Source: Nemertoderma westbladi
Taxonomy: Eukaryota; Animalia; Xenacoelomorpha
Direction: 5' to 3'
Assembly (NCBI GenBank): GCA_032718475.1
Contig: JAUCBJ010008518.1
Span: 1-32,915, forward strand
DNA: 32,915 bases
Shown: positions 23,301 through 30,500 of the stretch, in pieces
Layout of the letters: every line of letters starts with the position of its first letter
Position numbering within the stretch: position 1 is the first letter of the stretch
Program-made: the position numbers and the translations under genes
Notes under the pieces: model-generated
Databases searched by the model: none
The model's input: the letters and a program-made list of their open reading frames with translations, nothing else
What the model was told of the DNA's origin: nothing

Positions 23301-24943
23301 CTACATTGGAGTTGGAGGCATTAGCGATACTCTGGTCAGTGAAGAAATGTAGGGTTTATTTAGCCGGACACCCTGGCTTCAAGGTCGTTACAGACCACGC
23401 CCCACTCCGACCACTTTTCAATGAATATAGCCTTGATCAGATTGAGAACCAAAAGGTTGCTTCTTACCGATCTAAACTGGCAGAATATTCATTCGAGGTA
23501 GTTTGGAAGAAAGGCAGTGAGCATGCAGCTCCAGACGCTCTCTCCCGAGCCCCAATTGATTTACCTACAGATGAGGAAGTCGAGGATGGTAGCACCGGCA
23601 AACCAGGCACTTTCTCACGCATCGCTGCTATCACTATGATGGCAGATGAGACCCTCGCAGACCCGATTCTGGATGAGCTCCGTGCAGCAGCCATGGCCGA
23701 TAAATCCTATGTCGAGTTTGTAAATGCAGTCGTCTCCGATAGATACCCAGAGTTTGGTATAGCATCCCTCTACAACAAACTGAGGGATTATCTCTCTGTT
23801 GACAATGGTCTGGTCCTAATGGATGGTCGGATAGTTGTTCCTCAGGCAGCCAGACGGGATATTATGACTCGTTTACATGCCTCTCACCAAGGGATAATAC
23901 GGACTAAAGAACGTGCAGCACGTACAGTGCACTGGCCTGGGATTAATGGGGATATTAAAAGCACTGTCAACTCCTGCATAGCTTGTCAGGAACTGCGTCC
24001 CAGTAACCCAGAGGAACCTGTCAATCTTACTCCAATTCCTTCAGCGCCATTTGAATCGGTTTCAGCTGATTTGTTGGACTATGGTGGGTTCACGTACATC
24101 GCATATGGGGACAGATACAGCGGATATCTTTGTGCTTGGCGATGGCGTTCTTCTCCTTCTGCAACTCAAGTTGTTCGTTCCTTGACCACCTTCTTCAAAG
24201 ATTATGGTGTGCCACGGCTGATCTCCACAGATGGGGGTCCACAATTTAGAGCAGAGGTGACACAAACATTCTTGAAGGAGTGGGGAGTTACCTGGAGATG
24301 TAGCAGTGCATATTTTCCCAGGTCAAACGGCCATGCGGAGAACGCTGTGAAAGCGCTCGAACATCTGCTCATCAAAACAAAGTCAACTGATCTTAGTAGC
24401 AACGAATTTGCTCGTGGGTTCCTAGAACTAATGAATACACCAGGAGAGGGGGGATTGAGTCCTTCCGAGCGCGTCTTTGGTCGCCCGCAACGTACGTTGA
24501 CACCTCAACACCCATCAACCGCCACAAGGGTAACTGATGAACAGCTCAGATCTGCCACTAATCAGAGGGCAGTTCTGAACTCCAAGAAAGGGGAGATGAG
24601 AAACGCACGTGCACGAAGACTTCGATCCCTTAAACAAGGTGAATTGGTCTGGGTACAAAACCCAATCACTAAGAAGTGGACCAGTACTGGTGTCATAGTT
24701 GATATCCTCAACAACGCTGACTACCTTATTTTTAACCTCATTGATGAGTCGACTAAGCGACGCAATCGACACTTTCTTAGACCAGCACGTTTCCCGCCCC
24801 AGAAGGCAGAGAGAGACCCACATTCAGCTATTCAATCAATTCCTACTTCAACGTCAACACCCCCGAAACCTATTCCCAGGGGTTCTGGACCAAGGCGATC
24901 GACCAGACATCGAACGGCAACAAAGCGGTATGGTCTTGATTGA
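20399..24943 (+). CDS. Gag-Pol polyprotein (1514 aa): gag zinc knuckle, protease, RT, RNase H, integrase
   Basis: CRYCSGVGHFASVC; AFPDTQAD; LDAKKGYWQ...RAPMG...VVDD; TDAS...ELEALA...TDH...DALSR; HASH...CIAC, SADL, TDGGPQF, SNGHAE. Domain order PR-RT-RH-IN. Confidence 0.97.
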   Translation: MSEVVTLKKSRKGYKANLTAQLNAADDLIHRFINSGDTGSRGDPDHLFQIGNVVETRLEAYSNSHMAVSLAMDESEEDTTGDTAFGETNLRARRIIAEINRIGKEELRATSIQPDRTSASSSTTATDSSSSPWREKAKPPPFLDAETDFIKLNNWRRSFELYQRQVGILNAAETEKVASFFGCCSPGFLDRIVKSINIPTSTTLPLKDVLDEIAKYLRSRRNLVLDLKAFLDLVKPATQPIDSFLVKFKELEDLSNIENLDYGTDLRPFFLAMTLKESRIQKKIFASSPRKTFDEIVQMVRTEEDAVAAVAGLGGSAANSSVCAFSKPAEKSGKSRKKPPKTEYKAGKDRAMMDPSKSVQNKSPDTCGQCGLKRLCNADNPCPAKKAQCRYCSGVGHFASVCRKKIREENKATKTVNAVCAVNRSGKTVPVIVFFNSVTATTKAFPDTQADESVAGREFLEILQIGVNDLTRPTDNKLVSVDGTPLKQLGVIHIAMKVGSNVTEADITICEGIKGLFLSCEACKELNIVHTEFPNPMGTNNSVNNPNSHTIAAASSDQGLPPWSTNWLNTLPDRPKSGDADECYKFLQSKYPTVFDSNSLGEMTGPGVGTPMKIVVKEDTVPFKLTAPRTIPYAYREKAKTEIQHMVELGIISPAGDTPTDWIHPLVVAPKSDGTVRVCADLTKLNSQVKRSVHPAKTPADAANSIVAGGANRFFLKLDAKKGYWQLPLANESKPLTTFITPWGLYYYNRAPMGFDSSGDSYNQRGDLAFQGIDGVEKVVDDTGSGAPTFRAIFERAILLLERCNKFGIVLNTSKTEIGVEELKFVGYIINKHGVTADPSKVSAISEFPTPTTRTELKSFLGLANQLAEFSPDYKAASAPLRPLLSTKREFIWTELHTRAVEAVKKTLLSPAVLAPWDPNAFETALHTDASRIHGLGFTLLQRSQPNSSWHLIQCGSRFLADPETRYATLELEALAILWSVKKCRVYLAGHPGFKVVTDHAPLRPLFNEYSLDQIENQKVASYRSKLAEYSFEVVWKKGSEHAAPDALSRAPIDLPTDEEVEDGSTGKPGTFSRIAAITMMADETLADPILDELRAAAMADKSYVEFVNAVVSDRYPEFGIASLYNKLRDYLSVDNGLVLMDGRIVVPQAARRDIMTRLHASHQGIIRTKERAARTVHWPGINGDIKSTVNSCIACQELRPSNPEEPVNLTPIPSAPFESVSADLLDYGGFTYIAYGDRYSGYLCAWRWRSSPSATQVVRSLTTFFKDYGVPRLISTDGGPQFRAEVTQTFLKEWGVTWRCSSAYFPRSNGHAENAVKALEHLLIKTKSTDLSSNEFARGFLELMNTPGEGGLSPSERVFGRPQRTLTPQHPSTATRVTDEQLRSATNQRAVLNSKKGEMRNARARRLRSLKQGELVWVQNPITKKWTSTGVIVDILNNADYLIFNLIDESTKRRNRHFLRPARFPPQKAERDPHSAIQSIPTSTSTPPKPIPRGSGPRRSTRHRTATKRYGLD

Positions 24944-24951
24944 GCTCCACT

Positions 24952-24964
24952 GAAAAAAAAGGGG
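24952..24964 (+). promoter_or_regulatory. Polypurine tract
   Basis: GAAAAAAAAGGGG ends 2 nt before the 3' LTR. Confidence 0.85.
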
Positions 24965-24966
24965 CA

Positions 24967-25213
24967 TGGGGTATATATATTGTGGCTCGCCCCATATGTG
25001 TAAACTCTAACAGTAGTTATTGTGTTACCGGTACACTGACTGGGATATAATTCAGTACTCTTGTACAACTACCATAGGCATTATGCTGCCTATATATTAT
25101 TTTATATGTTAAACTGCTAATGTTATTTTAGTACTGGTGATTGGTTTGTCATTAAAACTGGCCCGAAGCGATTACCCTGCTATTACAGTTTTCCCTTCGA
25201 ACACACCACACCA
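24967..25213 (+). repeat. Gypsy 3' LTR
   Basis: 246/247 identical to 20013-20259. Confidence 0.97.
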
Positions 25214-25218
25214 GGTGG

Positions 25219-26648
25219 GTATTGAAATGTGCATTACTATTCTCCGTGGTGCTAACTTTAATCTTATTGCAGTCATTACTGATGACAGCTCTGTAAATAC
25301 CGCAGCTTTTGACAAGCTACGCGTCAATCTTCCTTTATCAATTTCTCTAGATAACATGCCACATTTAATGTTTGATTCTGTTCACATTATAAAAAATATT
25401 AGGAATAATCTCGCTTCACTCCGATACTTTGTGATAAATCGGGAATTTATATATACTCTTAATGGAACTCAATATACCGTATCTAAGGGACAAGTAAAAT
25501 GGCAACTCTTATATGAAATAGAAGAGAGAGACAGTAAGCTCGGTAGCCATCTTAGTCTGGCTCCAAAGTTGACCTATTCTGCTACCCACTTCGGTAACAG
25601 TAAGCAGAGTGTTTCTCTCGCTCTTGCTATCTTTCACGAAACAACAATAGCTGCATGTCGATATTACTTCCCAAATGAGAAATGCACTGCTGATTTCCTT
25701 CAACTTATCAGCCATTGGTGGCTTGTTGTTAATGCAGGTCAGCGTTTCCATCCAAATCCTATAGGAAATGCCATGGTCTCTGGTGATGGTAAACCAATGT
25801 TTCTTCGGAATTTATCAGTGTGGTTAAATGATTCCATTTCTTGTAAACGTATGTTAACTGCACAAACACGATCTGCATTTGTTTGTACAAATAATGCTAT
25901 TGCTGATATATGCACAACCCTACTGAGTTCTGACTCCTATGACTATGTTCTAACTCGAAAACTGCAGAGTGACAAGTTAGAGCGACGTTATGGCTGCTAT
26001 AGGCAGATGAATGGTGGTAGATTTCTCATAAGTCACAAAGAAGCACTGCAATCAGAAAAGATACTCCAGATTAGATCACTTCTGAAAGCTAACATTGATT
26101 ACTCGCAAGTTATTATAAGTTCGGACAATGACGCTGAATCGTGTGATGAGTTAATTAAGGTTATCGAAGATGCAAACCTTGATATTTCCGAGTTTGATTC
26201 CACAACTAAAGAAATTATAGTTTGTATTAGTGGCTATACAGCTCACAAGCTCGCTAAGACCTCATGCCTGGATTGTAAAACGTTGTTACAAACAGATCTG
26301 GTACTGGATTGTAGCTATCACCAACTTCTAAACCGAGGTAAACTCACTATACCCCCGATTAAACTGAACTGTCTTGTTACAGAGTGCTTCAAAGTTCTAT
26401 CAGCTGTGGAAAAGTATCTCGAAAGTATGAAACACTATCGTAACGCAGCTCTTGTACTCTTAGAGAACTTCTGTGGGAGTTATGACCTGGGATTTGGTTG
26501 TAAAGCGCACGAATTGTCCAATAAATCTGTTGTCTTCTTGACGGCAGTAAATGTGTTCGGGAAAAACAAATCCATAAACGAATCACAAAGTGTGCGGGAA
26601 AGCCAAATTAAAAAATTTAAATTGAGACAACGAAATAAGGACTTATAG
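25219..26648 (+). CDS. P-element-type transposase, 3' part (catalytic core and C-terminus)
   Basis: VITDDSSVN (second Asp), FDSVHIIKNIRNN (DxxH), KQSVSLA, LQSDKLERRYG..RQMNGG (Glu), C-terminal ISGYTAHKL..CLDC..RGKL. In frame with the 5' part once the LTR element and one TSD are removed (TVQV-GIEMC). Confidence 0.9.
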
Positions 26649-27019
26649 TTATAGTAATACAATGTCAATGTCAATAATAATTATAATTGTCAATAGTTTA
26701 TATTCGAAAAATCATTTGTGTTTATGTTTATATTGTTATGAGTTTTGTAAGAAGTGATTTATATTCATCATACAATCCTCGTTTTCTTTATTGCTTGCAC
26801 TTGCTCGCTTTGCTCGTTCATGAAAAAAATCACTCAGTGCCATAAATGCTGTGAAAAAGTGCTACTTAACACACAATGCTGTCAATAACAGCATAGTTTT
26901 AACATCAGGAAAGGAATTTAACATCAGATGGGGGGGGGGGGGGGGGGGGTGGGTTACAGGAAAGCACCGATTATTTTATAAATTCAATACATTACACTTT
27001 TCCTAATTAGCAACATTAT

Positions 27020-27426
27020 TGTTACAAACTGCCCTTAAATCCTGCTGGTTATCGCTTGGTAGTTTAGCCCATCGTTATACTAGCTTAGGTATATTAGTGC
27101 AATACACACCGTTTATGTTACACTGCTTCCCTGTAGGAAGGTTGCCCCATGGCCCTGCTTTCTGTATCTGCCAATAGGATTTGATCATTCTTAGTAGGCC
27201 TATTCTACCTTATTCTTAACGTGTTTTGCACCAGTAATTCTTGTATTTGTTTATTCTTAGTAGAACCGATCTGGAGATACCCTATGTACTGATGTAAAAC
27301 TTATTTCAATATACGTAACTTGACATAATTATAACTACGTCTTTTCAAGATTAAATAGGCCTAATGAAATAACGATCCCGACGAAACTCGAAACCACAAC
27401 GCCAATTCCAAATTCTGTGGTTTACA
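27020..27426 (+). repeat. Probable BEL/Pao 5' LTR (3' boundary firm, 5' boundary tentative)
   Basis: Ends ...GGTTTACA 3 nt before a PBS. TGTTAC at 27020 is one candidate start; others are at 27116 and 27293. The partner LTR lies outside the window. Confidence 0.5.
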
Positions 27427-27429
27427 TTC

Positions 27430-27447
27430 TGGTTCCGATGCCGGGAA
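27430..27447 (+). promoter_or_regulatory. Primer-binding site, tRNA-Glu-like
   Basis: TGGTTCCGATGCCGGGAA; its rc TTCCCGGCATCGGAACCA resembles a tRNA-Glu T-arm/acceptor 3' end with CCA. Confidence 0.7.
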
Positions 27448-27545
27448 ACCTGGTCTAAAGGTTTCCACGTCACAGATTATCCTTACCCTCGGAGTATCCA
27501 CAATCCATCGCTGGACAGTTCAACTATCCGTTGCCTTCTCTCGAT

Positions 27546-30500
27546 ATGTCGGACGCGGAGTCTGACATCGTTAGTGGAGCCACGTCGGGTGGTCTCCCCG
27601 CCAAAGGGAATGGTTCGCTTCATGGTAGTCTGAGCTCTCCTCGACTCGGCGATGGAACTACGACATCCGATGGTGAGGATAAATCTCGACTTGAACCCTT
27701 GGAATCCCGACCCGGTTCGAGTGATACCGGTACGCGTTTCGAGGGTTTCGATACCGCGGACCTAGAGGTCCTAGACCCTGATATTGCGTTCTATCCTGCG
27801 GATGATTTAGAGGCTAGCCCTGCAGTTACCGACAGCCAGCGACCCATCCGATTGAAAGACGCGAAGATTACTCGAGCCAATACCAAGCGGAGGCTCACTT
27901 GTTTGGCTGCCAAGCTTCATTCTCTAGTCGATTCCCGTGGCAGTCGCACCTTAATCCAGGGCTTCCTAGGGGAACTCAACGAGGACTTTGACGACTGTGT
28001 TCGATCTCACAGTAAGTGTCTTCAGTATCTGGATCCCGGAACCGATTCTAAGTCTAAAGCCATAGAGGAGGAATGGTTGGCTGCCGTCCGCGAGGGTTAT
28101 CGGCGCTGTCGGAGTGAAGCTGAAAGTTACCTCGCCTCCCGGAGAGGCGAACCTTCTTCAGCTGGTGGAAGTAAATCCAAGGTATCCTCCTCGCGATCCC
28201 CGGGAGGTGGTATTAACTCCTCGAAGCGGCAACTGGAAGAGAAAAGATTAAAACTCCAGCAGTTCGAAAGGGATCGGGAGCTTCGCGAGAAGGAGCTAGC
28301 GCTCAACAATAGGAAGCAGCTCCGTCGCCTCCAGAACGAGGTGGAGCTGCTCGAGTTGTCTGTTCGTACCGAGGAAATAGAAAACAGGGAGGCCGGAGTT
28401 GCGAACCTCAGGGAACGGGTTCTCGCTGATTTCCTTGAGGATGAGGACTCCAACCGGGCCGGCGGGGTCCAACCGGTTCCCAATTATCCTCTCGCATCCA
28501 GGAGATCGAATCCTTTCCCAGGTCATCCGTTATCCGATCCAGTGACACAGCTCACGGTTGAGTCACCCCGTTACCCGCCTAGTAACGTACCGGTAATTCA
28601 TAGTTCTAATGAAATTACTAGTAATAATATATTACAGAGTTCGTGTCAATCGTGTCCTATTATTGATACAGTGTTTAAACCGTCTCAATGTAATTCTAGC
28701 TTAGCTACTAATACTGTAAGTGATTGTAATATGAATAGAAAATCTGGTGTTATATTTAGTATCTCCAGCGGTTCATTTGTGCAGTCATTACCGGTACCGA
28801 TTATTAGTAGTGTAGAATCTGTCCCGCTCCGTGTACTCAATAAGGATACCACCGGTAATAATTTTATAAATATTTCAGTGCCAAACTTTGTAGCTGTAGA
28901 ACACCCAACCACGGCAACTCTGCCCCGCTTTAACCAGCGAACTATTTTTCCATTTGATAGTAATTCAATAAATAATTATAAACCTTTAAGTAACTGTAAT
29001 AGCACTTGGGCTTTATCTAGCCCTGAGTTTGTACCCCGTGGATTTGCCTCGCCTGATTCTAATTTGGTTAGCGGATTGAAGGGAGTGTGTGCCCCTGTGA
29101 GTTATATGTATGGTGGCTCTACCAATGATAGTGTACATTGTGTGCCATGTACTGCGACTGGTTTGCGTCCTGAGTATGCGTCTGACCCTGTGTATCGCCC
29201 GAGCGGCCAACCCTTTGGGGGTCCTGAGAGGTGTCCGGGTCGGCCCATTGTTAACGGGCCGGCTAGTGAGCCAGTAGTGTCGGCCACATATGACCTTCCT
29301 TCGTTTTCATCTCGTCCAGTTAATAGATCCAAAGTATCTGGGCGTGTAGATGATTGGATTGACTCTCCTGACTCCGATGACAGAAGTGACGCGCTTTTTG
29401 GTGGTCATGGTCCGATAGATTTGCAGGCTCTATTTAAGGTACCAATCGATCCATTTGATGGCTCACCCATTAAATGGCCTGGTTTTATTTCATCATTCCG
29501 TGCTTTAGTGCATGATAGAATTCCAAACGACGCAATTCGTCTCTCTATTCTTAGGAATTTATTATCCCCTGAGATTCGTAATAGTGTAGCTGCTACTATA
29601 GATGACCCTACATTGTATTATGAAACATTGAGAGATATTCGCAGAATTTATGGTGATAAACATCTCATTGCTTCTAGCCATATTAAACAGCTTTTTTCTG
29701 TCCAAAATGTTAACTCAAGCGATTTCGAGTCATTAAAATCCTTTTCGCTTAAATTGCATGGCTCAGTATCTGCTTTAGATAAATGTGGATATAAAGATGA
29801 CCTTTATTCCGCAAATAATTTAAATGTTTTAGTTGACAAATTGCCAAACCCGCTACAACATGAGTGGAGCAAAAAAGTAGTTGCAATTCAACCTGGGCGT
29901 CCGTCTTTAAAGGATTTTGATGACTGGATTTCGTATAAAGTTAGTTGTGGTCGTGCTATAGAGTCTACACTTAAAATTAGACCCAGTTCTAATACATCTC
30001 AGCCCCAGTTTAAACACAATAATAACCCTAGAATATTGCGTGAGAAATCTAAAGCAGTAACCCCTAAGTCATCTACATTTTCTCCAACAGTTCTAGCAAC
30101 GGGGGGAGGACCCTCTAAGCAACTAGAAAGCGAAAAATGTAGTTGCTGCGAACTGTCCCACACTGTAGAAGATTGTGATAAATTTAAAAAATTATCCCTT
30201 GCTGAGCGTGCAGAACTAGTGCGTGAAAAGGGCATGTGCTTTGTGTGTTTAAAAACTCGGCACCGAGCAGCCGACTGCTCCATAAAGGAACCATGTAAAG
30301 CCCCATCTGGGTGTAAGAAAAGGCATCATACATTATTGCATGATGCTCCTCCAGTTTACGGTAACTCGAAATCCTCCCGTTTCCGCTCTAAGCATGTCGG
30401 ATCGACTAGCTGCGACTCTACCCCGTCTACCGTGGCGCTACAGATTGTCCCGCTTCGTGTACGATCCTCCGCTGGCAAGGTTGTAGAAACTTTCGCCTTA

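Larger units (their letters stand above)
20013..25213 (+). mobile_element. Complete Ty3/Gypsy LTR retrotransposon (Mag-like), 5201 bp, TSD GGTGG
   Basis: Two 247-bp TG...CA LTRs; GGTGG at 20008-20012 and 25214-25218; PBS, PPT and a single gag-pol ORF. Confidence 0.97.

Noticed and set aside
25137-25218. N-terminus of the 503-aa track ORF as a real gene start
   Set aside because: It begins at a non-ATG codon inside the 3' LTR; the true coding sequence continues the upstream transposase.
18743-27297. 15-bp direct match TATGTACTGATGTAA at 18743 and 27283 as element boundary
   Set aside because: Direct rather than inverted, too long for a P-type TSD, and one such AT-rich match is plausible by chance in 33 kb.
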